The notes beneath the pieces are model-generated. The model worked only from the letters and a program-made list of their open reading frames with translations, was not told where the DNA came from and searched no databases. Of a stretch of DNA of 64,000 nucleotides, positions 1-12,500 are shown piece by piece. The stretch is taken from assembly GCF_000002075.1 (NCBI RefSeq), contig NW_004797947.1:272349-336348 (forward strand), read 5' to 3'. The number at the start of each line of letters is the position of its first letter. Position 1 is the first letter of the stretch. The stretch comes from Aplysia californica. Taxonomy: Eukaryota. Made by a program: the position numbers and the translations under genes.

Positions 1-190
1 TCACGAGCCGCCCCTGTTGGGGGCAGAAATTGGAAATGAAAGCAGACAACAGAACATTGCTAGAGAGCAGGAAAGGAGGTGAAAGGAGACTATTTTAGAT
101 AAGAAAATTTTTCGGTCGCCACCAGGATTCAAACACGGGACCTTTGAATGAGAGGCCAACACCTTAACCTCTAGGCCACGAGAGCCCCCC
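1..190 (-). mobile_element. tRNA-derived SINE family A, 5' part (runs off window edge)
   Basis: Reverse complement of the head at 11091 (GGGGGGCTCTCGTGGCCTAGAGGTTAAGG...TTGAATCC). Confidence 0.9.
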
Positions 191-349
191 GCTTGATTTT
201 TAAATTTAAATATTGATGTGTGGTGTTTTTCTTGAAAAGTCGGAAGTTTAGTAATTGCTTGAAGGGAAGAGGGGAGGGGTGTTAGGAGAAGGAAGCTTTG
301 GAAACTGGAAAGGTTAATGGTAATAGGGGGGAACTTTAGATGTCAATTG

Positions 350-2987
350 GCCTCTATTATTCGGACCCCCGGGGTGCCAATAATCAGGTCATTATTCGGA
401 CCCTCGGGAACAGTATTAATATGGGCTGCATTTGTTTTTTCTCTCCCAGGGTGAAGAGGCATTTATAAAACTTATTGGCAAGTTGGTTTTAGTGTTTTTG
501 AAAAACGCAGTGACTATGTTCACTGCGCCGTGAACGTAGATCTTAATCTAGTTAACATGCTACTTTCACAACTCCCTGCATATAGTTTGCAGGCTATGAT
601 TTGCCACGTAAATGGAGTCAAATTTTTGTTCAGCAGACAAAACAAACTAAAAAAAACGTACACACACACAGAACCTGGACTTAACTCCTGTTCTGCTGCT
701 GTGCCGAGACACGAGTCTTATCACTGAGCTCTGATCATGTCTAAGTGGGTCAATTTGTTATAATTTCTTTTGACGAACATCTAGCTACCTACTTAGCATG
801 TTTTGAATGAGACACACACCTTGGTTATGAACCAATGCCGGCAGTTCTACATGTAGGCCACAAACGCACACAAACTCAAGCAGACTGACGCACACACACA
901 GTCGTCACATGGATGATGCTCGGCGCATGTGCACTGAGCAAGGAGGGCCGGACTGATACAAGTTCCAACCGGAACCCGGACAGAGTGTGTCTAAATATGG
1001 AAGGGGGTCTCGATAATGACCAGATTATTAGCAATGCCCACCGAGCGCGTTTTGTTCTGCCGATTTTTGGTCCCCGCTGCGGGGATGTTTCGTGGTACGA
1101 ACTAATGCAATGGTTGTTGTCTTCAACTCACTCTCACGCCGCTTCTCGGTAAAGGATATGAATAAAACTTGGCAGCCAATCAGAAAAGAGGTCAGTCTCG
1201 TAGTATGCAGATTGACAAGTTTGTGCCCATCGAAGTAGCAGTCAAAAACGTTTGCAAAAGTGGTTGATGTGGTGCGCTTTGAAGATTTTTCGGAGCTGTG
1301 ACTTGTCAAACCGACTGATAAGTTGTTCACCATTTTTCTTTATTCCCTTAAAATTACATGCTTATGTGTTTAGCGGTTTTTGCGTAATCTTTAAAAATGT
1401 GGGAGAAGGGGCATTGCCATTTGCGTGTGCTGGGTGAACAACCTGCGGCCGGGAAAGTTCCACTGAGTGACGTCATCAGCCATCGGTCGCCTCGGGCGCT
1501 ACAGACGAGGCCCTGCTTATGTGAACCGGACAGGGGGGAAGGATACTTGAAAACCAAACGAGGGCCTTGATAACTTACATTTGTGTTGCATTTTAGTCAC
1601 AATATAGTATACAATAGATGTAGTCATTTTTATTAGCATGAGAGAAGAATAGAAACAGGAAAGCAAGCATCTTGAGAAGTGGTATGGCATTGTGTTTGCG
1701 TTATGAAAGCCTATTCCCACCTCTTGAGAAAGCACACACTTGGACTCGTCCTGTTTGCTGTGTTTGGAAAAGTGAGGCAGTAAGATTGTTATTAAAGAGA
1801 ATGGTACTTATTTAGTCCAGTCTGGGAAGATAGTCCCGTTTATANNNNNNNNNNNNNNNNNNNNNNNNNNNNNNNNNNNNNNNNNNNNNNNNNNNNNNNN
1901 NNNNNNNNNNNNNNNNNNNNNNNNNNNNNNNNNNNNNNNNNNNNNNNNNNNNNNNNNNNNNNNNNNNNNNNNNNNNNNNNNNNNNNNNNNNNNNNNNNNN
2001 NNNNNNNNNNNNNNNNNNNNNNNNNNNNNNNNNNNNNNNNNNNNNNNNNNNNTACATTTATGGTATGAGTTGTAGCCTACACATGCGAAATATTCCCATG
2101 ACTTGTAAGCTATATTTAAATCTAAACGCATCTTAATCTACCCTACAATAGGACGCTGTCCAACAATGGATATACACAGAGATGATCTTATTTTCTATTA
2201 CAAAGTGTTCATATGCTTAGTAGAGCACTGGATTTATTAGACTAATTAATCCAGTTCTCTACTTACATTTTCGTGACAAATTGATCCAGAGCATTGCTTG
2301 GCAAGGAGAAATCTTTATGTTGCCAAGTTTCATTCGAATATCATGACGTTGGGAGAAAATATGACTGATAATCTTTATAAATCTGTAAAGAACGCCACTT
2401 TTTTACCTGTAAATGTCTTTACAACTCAAAAAGTATGATAGATATTAAAAGTCTGACAGCATGACTATATTCTGCATTAAAAACTGTACTAGACTGCCAA
2501 GTTTCATTTACATACTCCAAAAAATAGACTAGCTATGACAAATATTGTCTCAAAACGCACAGAAAACTGCAACATTTTTACCTATAAATGTCTTCATAAC
2601 TCAAAAAGTGGGATAGCTATGAAAAATCTGAAAGCAGGGCTAGATTCTGCACTAGAAAATGTACTGGGTTCCCAAGTTTCATTTACATACTCCGAGAAAT
2701 GAGCGAGTTATATTGTGACGAATATTGTCTCAAAACTCATCAAAGAACGTCCCATATTTTGGGTTTTTTTCATTTATAATTTATATAAAAGTGTACCAAA
2801 AATTAATTGATTAAAAAATTCGAAACTTTTTTGTTTATCGATGGATTTCTAAAATTCAAAAAGTTCCATGCTCTGTGAAGATACAATTACAAAATGCACC
2901 TATTTGCAAACACTTTCTGACAGAAAAAGATTTTTCGTGGTCTTTGCTAAGATTATTGGCACCCCGGGGGTCCGAATAATGACACTG
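350..2987. mobile_element. non-autonomous TIR DNA transposon in a CLPB 5' intron
   Basis: Perfect 30-bp inverted repeat ATTATTCGGACCCCCGGGGTGCCAATAATC at 356-385 / 2951-2980; direct repeat ATGTCAATTG at 340-349 and 2988-2997 (TSD-like); no credible ORF. Confidence 0.8.
2315..2760. repeat. ~175-bp tandem repeat (about 2.5-3 copies) inside the TIR element
   Basis: CCAAGTTTCATT recurs at ~2323, ~2497 and ~2672 with matching downstream sequence (ACCT.TAAATGTCTT...AACTCAAAAAGT). Confidence 0.8.
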
Positions 2988-3373
2988 ATGTCAATTGCCA
3001 GATTATGAGATATGGATAACCATGGGCATAATGATAGACTAAGTTTAGTTAAACCGAGTTATATACTACTTGGCTTATTTTGTTGACAGAAAGGGCTTAC
3101 TTCTGAGAAATGGTCATAAGTCTGGGATTTTTTGGAATAAAAATATTTTTCTATAGTTACTTTGTAACAGCTTGCTCCTGACTCAACTGACGGTCCTCTG
3201 AAATGATAAAACTTGGGTCAATGTGAGCATAAAAATATTAGGCTAACAATTGAATGCCATGTCTCCCCCCCCCCCCCCAACCCCCAATCACACACACAGA
3301 AAAAATTGACCTTGTTTTTCTTAAAAATTTTATGCTTGCAAGATTTATGACTGATTTCATTTTTTCTTTACAG

Positions 3374-3512
3374 AAGATGCCCTGATTTCTGCCTGCAGAG
3401 CAGGAGCTACATCAGAAGTTAAAAGGTTGCTTACCCTTGGTGTTGATGTGAACAAACGACACGAACTGGGTTGGGCAGCTCTCCATGTGGCTGCAGTGAA
3501 CAAACATTCAGA
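3374..3512 (+). CDS. CLPB: CLPB exon (ankyrin repeat 1)
   Basis: ttttctttacag acceptor; [10 protein letters not shown]...[14 protein letters not shown]; gttagt donor. Confidence 0.88.
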
Positions 3513-6500
3513 GTTAGTACATCTATGAAAAAGAGTATTGAAAGAACATTTTAAGAAGAGTTGTTGTTGTTGTTGCTTTTAAAAATGCAAACTTTATGTG
3601 TTTTAGAGTTAGATCTTTTTACGCCTTGTTGATGTTATGATTTACTCACTGAATGGCTATTTAACAATACTCCTGATGGTCATGAGTACATGGAAAATAC
3701 AAAGTGAAGATTGATATCACTCCAAAACTGCCCCCTTGCGATGTTCATAAAAGTTAAAAATTGAGTTTGGTCTTTGTTGGTGGTTGTACACCATAAAGTC
3801 CTGCAAGTTTTACATGGGTTGCTTTTTTGATTTAGTTGCTTTTAGTTATTTGAGATAGAATACTGTTGATTCAAAAGATGAAACACAGTTTAAAGCGTTT
3901 TGTCCCTTTGAGTAACACTTTGCATGTGATCAGCTCTAAGCCAGATCCCTTCTGCACACACCGCTAAGAATGTTCTTCTTATTGTCAAAATTTAAACTCT
4001 AAAATACTGATTATAGCATGTGTTGATGAAAAAAATGGAACTTTTCCAAAATGTGAAATGTATGTATTTATGGTTAAATTGCAGTGTTTTACGAATTCTC
4101 CGTAGTACCGTATGTAAGTAATTTTATTATTGCGCTAAGCAGAAGAAATTTCCAAAATAGATGTATTGTGTTCAGCTCTTGGGTTCACTTATTGTCAGTT
4201 CATATGGGCTTTCTTCTGCTTCAGAATCGTGAAACTGCTTTTGGATGCAGGAGCAGACCCTAATTGTTCGGACCAGTTTTCTACTGTAGCCCAGAAGGCA
4301 AGAGAGAAGCAACTGAATGGTTTGCATGGTGAGCCCCGTACTGTTTCCTTTTATTGGATCTGCTACAAATGTACTTTGTCATGCTGAAGAGCCAGTGTCT
4401 GTGGAGTAAGGAGAAGACACTTTGCCATTGTTGCAGAAGACTTATGTGCAATTTCTGTGTTGGGAAGTTATTGTGCCAAGTATCTTGATCTGCATGCTGG
4501 GATGTTAGGTTTCATTCAGCTTGGGTTGGCCTTGACAGACTGGGTTGAAGCAGTCTTTCTTCTATATTGTTCATTGTTTCAGGAAGCAACATCCCTGCAC
4601 TCCGGACATGTCCATTAATGCTCCGTTGCTCTCTCCAAAATGTTGCCGAGGGTCCTTCCACTGATTGTGCCAGTGCACATCTGGTTGAACGTTCTTCTGT
4701 TCTTTCGTGCAAGGATGCCAGATTTTCCGCTTCCTTTTTGTATTCCCAAAAGCATCATCCTCTCCACAGCAATACTGGCCTCTGCCTCCGTATCTTCTTC
4801 AGTCTTTCTTCTAAGTGATATTAATAGTATTAATAGGGCCGTAAAACATGTAGTCTTTATAATTATCTCTAGTGTCAAAGTGGTTTCTTTGTGTCCAGTT
4901 AGTTTTCTAGTATGTGGGCCAGTTTTAAAAAAACAGCCAACTGTAAACAGCCAAACTTGATCACAAACAGAAAGGTCTCAAAGGTCACTTTTGGTAGTTG
5001 GAAGAATGGGGGATATTTGTGATGTGAAATCTCACTCAACTGTAGGCTCTCTTTAACTTTACAACAGTTAAACCTTGAATTAGTGAGGAGTTAATCTATT
5101 TCTGTATGTGCTTTGCCACTTGTGGCGTCGATGGTCCAGTGGTTAGGCTACCGTTAAGTTGCGGGTTCGGGGGTTGGAGCAGTAGGTCTGACATTGTGTC
5201 CCTGGGAAAGGCACTTTACACACATTTTCCTCACTTCACCCAGGTGGGAATGGGTACCCGGCCATAGACGGCGAAAGATCTTGTCTGTATGATAGTCTTT
5301 TAGCGCCTATATATGGCCTCTTGCACTATATGCTTCCCAGGAAGTTTTAGGTTGCTTCAGGATGCTCTCAGGTCTGCTGGGGTAATAGTATAGATTGTGA
5401 AGCGCATAGAGCTTGCTGTTGTTTGGGATTTGCGCTATACAAATGCTATCTATTATGTTTTATTACTTGTCTTTTTTTTACTTTTTCAGTTCTACTGACG
5501 AGAGAAGAGGAATTTTCTGATCGTTTGAGCAATCGTGCCAACTTTCAAGATTGTACACCTCTTCACTATGCAGTGCTCATCAATGACAAAACGTCTGTTC
5601 GCTACCTCTTGGATGCAGGTATACAGACCCTCCCTTCTCTTCTAAAATGAAAATAAAGAAATTTAAAGAAATTAATAAGATTCCACTTTATTGATCATAG
5701 TGGGGAAATTTGGTTTACAATGGCTTACATACATATTATATTATATATAATATACTTACATAAATTCGTACACACTGACATCATAAACATATATGCATTA
5801 ATTCATCAATGTATAGAATACACAATGTCGCACCAATAGACATTCTTATTCAGACCTTATTTATCTGGTTGATGTAGATATACGGCTGTTTACTTAACCG
5901 AACTCAAAATGTAAGAATATATGGATTTCTTGGAAGGCTGATTGCCAAGATTTGAGGGCATTACTAGTAGCTACAGATTTTTTTCTTTCTCTGTAATCGC
6001 ACTGCCTTTCTTACTTTTTCTTTGTTTTCAACTCTTTTTTTTTTCAACTCTGTATTTAGAAAAAGATTTTTATTCTAAAAAAGTCCCGGACTTAAGACCG
6101 TGGGTAGTTGGCTGATGCTCTGGTGTGGTTTGTTCCTTTTTTCCTATCAAACATCTATCGTCCTTATCTCTCCTCCTTTTTCATGTATGTTACTCTCTTG
6201 TGTATGTTACTCTCTTGTAATAGATCTATTCTTCAGCTCTTATATGACCTTATTGTGTTGCAAGTGCGGTAAAACACTTACTAAGACAAAAAGATTTATG
6301 ACCATTCTCAAAAGTAAGCCCTTTCTGTCAACAAAGCATCTGTTGATGTACTTCTGTTTACCTAAACTAGACTGATTGCTTATTTATGTTTTCCCAAGGG
6401 GCCGACCCCACAACTGAGAACATTCTGGGCCACCGAGCTCTGGAGTACACCAGAGACCCCAGTATTAGGGAGATGTTGGAAGCGTCTGCCAAACGTGTAA

Positions 6501-9500
6501 GTTTTACAATTCTTTTAGTAGGTAGCGTAAACACGGCCTTGCGGGCACTCGCGGCCTTCTGACCGCGTGGTATGGGTGAAATCGGGGTAATTCTGATCAC
6601 TGTTTCTTTGCTCTTTCGCTATAAAACACCAAATGCTGTACACCTTGTAAAAGTTCAGTTTTTCCTCGTTACAATGATGTAAGTTATTTATATGTCCGAT
6701 TATTAGGAGCTGGAGAATCGCCGACAAAAGCGAAGCCCCTCGCGGTCGGAATGCGTGGTCGGCCGGTTCAAAAATTGACACGCGTGCATTCAAATGCTTC
6801 GCGGAACGAGCGATGATTAAATACTGTCTTTTCATTGGTGGAGAACTGTAGAGCTCTAAACAGGCTTTCCCGTGATATTTATTTGGCCTTTGGCGTTTAA
6901 ATAGAAAGCTTTCAAAAATGCTTTCAAAATGTTTAAAGATCACTTTTTACACAAAATATGTAAAATACCGGCTCAAAAAAGGCACCGCGCGCTCATATGA
7001 CCTTATGCAGTTGCGAGCGCTGTAAAACCCTATACTAAACAAACAAACAACAAAAAAGCATTAATGAAAAGATCAGTTTATGTTGTATTAGAATAAAGTA
7101 ATCAGTTTGGAATTGTTTCACATCAATCCTTCCGCGAGACTCGGAAAGCATGTGACCCCGCACGCAGGGTACACTACAGTATAAGCCGACTCGCTCGCCG
7201 CGGGGGCCGGTGCGGCGCCGGCCGGGTCAACGCTCGGTGTTTTTGTTGAAATAACGACAGATCATCGTGTTTGAAGTGATAAAATACTGATTTGTAATGA
7301 TCTCACAGTCTTGAAAAAAATGAGGCTCCATATATTTGTTATAGTGATTGTACTCTGTTAATGTGGAGATGTTTAGTGCACTTGGTACTCTTTTATTTTC
7401 TGTCAAACATGGGGTTGCAGCCAGTGACTGACTTTAACAAATTAAATCAAATTTTATACAACTACCATTATCTTTAAAATTGACTAGAGGTTAAAGAATG
7501 GTTCCAAAATGCTCAGTGGGTATAGGCCTTTCAAATGGAACAGATAAATTTGGCACACAGCTACTTTGAAAATTTAGTTTCTGGTACCTACTTTTAGTAA
7601 GTTTTGACTTCTTTTAATAGGTTTTAGAATTCTGTTCAAAAGTTAAAAATTTGGCGCTCATATGACCTTATGCAGTTGCGAGTGCCGTAAAACCCTCTAC
7701 TATATAAAAAAAATAATAAAAAGTTTAAAAATTCTCTTCATAAATGTTAATTGTCTTTGTAAGCATGTTTTGTTGTTTTTTTTGTATAAATCTTTGTCTC
7801 TCTTTTACTTTCAGTTTTGAGTTGGTAGCCGTCATACGAGGGCATTGCCTATAGAAGGTCTTTATTTTTAACAATCCCTCCGTTGTTTCTGTCCTTTCCT
7901 TTTTATCCCAGCACTAAGCGTTTGTTAAGTACTAGTACTTTTTTTAATGCACTTCTGTTTAATCTGTTTAGCTTCAACCAACCCACCCATTACACTCTGT
8001 AATCGTTTAACCTTTGAGCCCTGCGCCCCCCCCCCCCCCCACTGCATTAGCCTACAGGATACAGGCACCTGAGCTCCTTTTCTTTGACTATTACTGTTAG
8101 ATATTCACTACACTATTCACGACCGTATGCTAAGGCATGTGTTTGGTGCACAGAAGGGTACAGATGGTCACATTCAGGGCATGGGGTTGACGTAACCTGC
8201 TGTCTTTAGCCTGTTTTCAAATTGCTTGTTCCCAGTTCAAGGAAGAGAAGGAAGCCCGTGAGGCTGAGGAAAGACGAAGGTTCCCTCTGGAGTTACGTCT
8301 GAAGGAGAACATCATAGGACAGGAAGCTGCCATCAACACTGTTGCCGCTGGTTCGTGGTTTGTGTCCCTGATCGGCTTTGTTTTGTATTTTTAAAGAGAT
8401 CAATCATTTCTACATTGGCCCTAAGGCAGAGATGTCACTAAGGAGCCACTTTCATGGGGCTGAGAACAGGCATAATGTACATGGGAAACTCACTTTTCTA
8501 TGTTTCAAGGAAACACTGCATTATAATAGTAAGGATTAAAATAGAAAAAAAGCTCACCCATAAATCAAACAATTTTCTTAGACGTTCTGATTGCCTTTCA
8601 GGATAGTTGGGAGTCGCCACTGGGAGGAACTAATTCTTTTATTTGCCTCTGCTGATTTCCGATACAAAAGCTAGTCTCAGCTCAAATGTATTGACAAGTG
8701 TGGTGACTCAAGTTTATTGTTTTGAAATGGTTACAGCGAATCTCACTTTTGTCTTCACAGCTGTGCGTCGTAAGGAGAATGGCTGGTATGATGAGGACCA
8801 TCCATTGGTCTTTCTTTTCCTAGGATCCTCCGGCATTGGTAAGGAATTTCTCGACGACCACAGCAGCCATAGTGGGTCTTTTTTTCCATAATACCTCTTT
8901 TCCCGAGGCTAGCTTTGGCTTCTTTTATTTTTTTGTTGAGATACCCTAGGAAGTTATAGTGCCAACTCTGTCACAAAAAAAAGTAAAAATGCAATGAAAT
9001 AAAATTACGCTTTTTATTGATTCCCGTGGGAAAAACTAGTTTATAGTGCCATACCTGCATACATGCATGAATAAGTTCGTACAATAATTTTTCTTTGTTA
9101 TATAATTTGCAGAACCACACCAATACAATCAACACGTAACTGTTGATAGCTTGTGTGCTGCACCTTGTTTTTGAGCCTTGGTAATCATGTCTTGCACAAG
9201 GACACACCACAGTGACCACATATCTAAACGACATGTCACGGACGTATGGTAAGAATTATTGTGAGTTTGAGCTCAATGACCACACAAACATTGGAGAACT
9301 CCCACCTGAAGTACTGTTGTCTTGTCTAAAAGGGGCAGTGTACTGTTTGTGTTTGCTGTTACTTTTTTTAAAAACATGATTTTGCCAACATTTGTTCTCA
9401 GATTTGGCTGATATTTTCTTTTTGATTTGATTTATGTTTTTTTTTTTGCTTATTGGGCTGACTTTTTTTTCTCTTTTTTTCTGATTTGGCTTTCTAGGCA

Positions 9501-12500
9501 AAACAGAGCTGGCGAAACAAGTCTCCAATTATATACACAAAAACAAGAAAGAGGTGAGTGTTGCGTTGACGTTCTGTTGTTGTCTGTGTGTACTTTTAAG
9601 TTGTTTCCATCGCTCGTGGTTGGAGGATTCCACTAGCAGGTCTTTCTTCTATACAGTCCCTTTGCTATTTTTGCTTTATCTGTATTGATATTTCCCAGCA
9701 CTAAATGACCATCATTTTGCTGATGAGCTCCTATTTTCTCAAACAAATACAAGCTGTGTTTCATACTGAGTTCCATGACTGAAATATTACATTCATGGAA
9801 GTGTCTTTTCTCTGATTAATGGATGAATAACATATTTTGGTACCTTTTTCATATGGGGACCGGTGAACTTCGTAAATAATGTACTTATAATTGTGAGACC
9901 ATTTTCCTGACTGATTATTGCATGCTAAAACAAATGGAGGGCAGTACAGAAAATCATTTTTACCTTCTGCAATGTGAACAATGTTTTTGCTTTCAAGAAG
10001 CCGACCACTGTCATATTTCATTTCATGCATATGTCTTGTGTTTTTTTCTTAAGAGTTGCCATGTTATTAGTTGGTAATGATAGAAGGAAAGAGGGAGTAT
10101 ATGATTGAGAGGTGAGAATTTAATTTGTAGATATGATCAGAAGCCAGTGAAAACATTCTGACAATTTCTTTCAAAGGAAGATCAATATACTTCCTATGTA
10201 TATATATCTTACCTCATCTCACCATATCTTATCTTATTTTATCTATCTTATATGATGTTCTGTCTTCTTCAGGGTTTCATTCGCATCGACATGTCTGAGT
10301 ACCAGGAAAGACATGAGGTAAAGTCTTAGATGAAATTCTGTAGAAATGTTGGGAAAATTTCTTGACTGTTCTGTTGTAAAAAGGTATTTTGAATATTTTT
10401 GTTGTTTTTTTCTGTCAAATTGAAATGCTGCTGTTTTTTTATATGAAAGGGCTAATACCCTAAAATTCTGAATAAAATTTAATTCTGTTCTTTATCTCGA
10501 CAAATAAAAAGAATGAAAATGAACTGACTTTACTCCATTGTTTGACCAACAGGTGGCCAAGTTCATCGGTTCCCCACCAGGCTATGTGGGCCATGATGAG
10601 GGAGGTCAGCTGACCAAAGCACTGACCAAATGTCCCCAGGCTGTCGTGCTATTTGATGAGGTGGACAAAGCACACCCAGACGTGCTCACAATCATGTTAC
10701 AACTCTTTNNNNNNNNNNNNNNNNNNNNNNNNNNNNNNNNNNNNNNNNNNNNNNNNNNNNNNNNNNNNNNNNNNNNNNNNNNNNNNNNNNNNNNNNNNNN
10801 NNNNNNNNNNNNNNNNNNNNNNNNNNNNNNNNNNNNNNNNNNNNNNNNNNNNNNNNNNNNNNNNNNNNNNNNNNNNNNNNNNNNNNNNNNNNNNNNNNNN
10901 NNNNNNNNNNNNNNNNNNNNNNNNNNNNNNNNNNNNNNNNNNNNNNNNNNNNNNNNNNNNNNNNNNNNNNNNNNNNNNNNNNNNNNNNNNNNNNNNNTTT
11001 AGAAATCAAATTGATGATGGTAAAAAAAATATTTTGTGTTTAGTCCTTTACCCTACCCCTTTGAGCCCTACCTCCCTGAGCCTACAAGACAGGGGGCTCT
11101 CGTGGCCTAGAGGTTAAGGTGTTGACCTCTCATTCAAAGGTCCCGGGTTAGAATCCGGGAAGCGACCGAAAAATTTTCTTCTCTAAAATTGGCTCCTTTC
11201 ACCTCCTTTCCTGCTCTCTAGCAATGTTCTGTTGTCTACTTTCATTTCCACTTTCTGCCCCCGCCCCCTCACCTCCTTTGCCCCCTCCTCTGGGCTCCTG
11301 ACTCTTTCTGCAGCCTTTCTACTGCTACTCCTTAGCTCCTCCTTACTGCTGTCTTTCTGCCACATCCCTGATCTTCTGGTAGGAAAGATCTACACCTAGC
11401 CTTCTCGGACAAGGGCGAAAAATCTCGGAGGGCCCGTGTGCAAGTTGCGCACGTTAAAGATCCCTTGGTGGTCTAAAATCGATTAGAGTAGGCTTCGGCC
11501 GCCACCCGGGCAAAATTCAAAATTTCCTACCAACTGAAAATATTAGGTGTGTCGCGCGCGCTCATATGACCTATGCAGTTGCGAGCGCCGTAAAACACTT
11601 TACAAAAACAAAAAACAAACATGAGCCTACAAGACTGTACACCTGAGCCCCTGTCTGTTGACTTGCATACAACCACTGTTGGTTAAGGCAGTTAGTGGGC
11701 ACCCAGAAGGGTCAAGGTAGTAATGTTCAGGTTTGCGCTTGGGTCCTTCTGGGAAAAGACCTTTTGTTAACCTTTATTTCTATACTTTGAAAATTGAGTC
11801 ATAATTGGCTACCATGGTCACAGTTTCAGTCAAAGGAAATGATGATAAAGTTGTGTTCTCCCATTCTGCTCTTTCTCAGGGTCGTCTCACCGACGGCAAA
11901 GGAAAAACTATCGAGTGCAAAGACGCTATTTTTATAATGACATCTAACCTGGCGAGTGAAGTGATAGCCCAGCATGCTATTGAGCTACGTCAGGAAGCCA
12001 GTAAACTGTCTGGGATGAGGGGAGCCTCTAAGATCGGTGAGTTTATGATTTTGTATGTTAAGGTGTATATGTAAGGCTTTGCTATGCAACTTTATTGCAA
12101 ATTGTGAAAAAAATATTGCAGAAGGAAAAACACAATGAACTGGGGTATTCCTAAATTTTTCCCAACTAAGTTTTATTTTGTCCCTCTCACAGAGAAGGTA
12201 CCGGCTGTCTTCAGGTACAGACTGTTCCACTCAGTGGGCAAGTCTGCTGGAAGCTCTGACAAGATGAAGAGAGGAAAAACAAAACATTATTACTGTTTTT
12301 GATGACTGTATTCTATAGCTATGAACAAAGGGCTGTATGACAAAAGGCATGTTATAAAAAACATTGAATTTATAGAAAAATCCACTCGGCATAAAATCAT
12401 TGGTTGCAACACCTTTTGTAACAAAGAATTTTTATACTTTGTTCACAGAGGATCTAGAAGAAGCTGAGAAGGTGACAATTTCCAGAAAGTTCAAAGATGA

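Noticed and set aside
1808-2131. ORFs spanning N-gaps (also near 10.7, 31.9, 45.0 and 47.5 kb)
   Set aside because: These are artefacts of translating N runs.
4512-4960. Overlapping 66-106 aa ORFs in a CLPB intron
   Set aside because: No recognisable motifs or splice support; probably chance ORFs or an old TE fragment.
11091-11170. SINE heads as functional tRNA genes
   Set aside because: They are divergent, multi-copy and continuous with the SINE body and TSD, with no proper acceptor stem.
12193-12214. 22-nt exon using the CAG|GTACAG donor
   Set aside because: It would frameshift CLPB; only the 45-nt GC-donor version keeps the frame, though a poison exon cannot be excluded.
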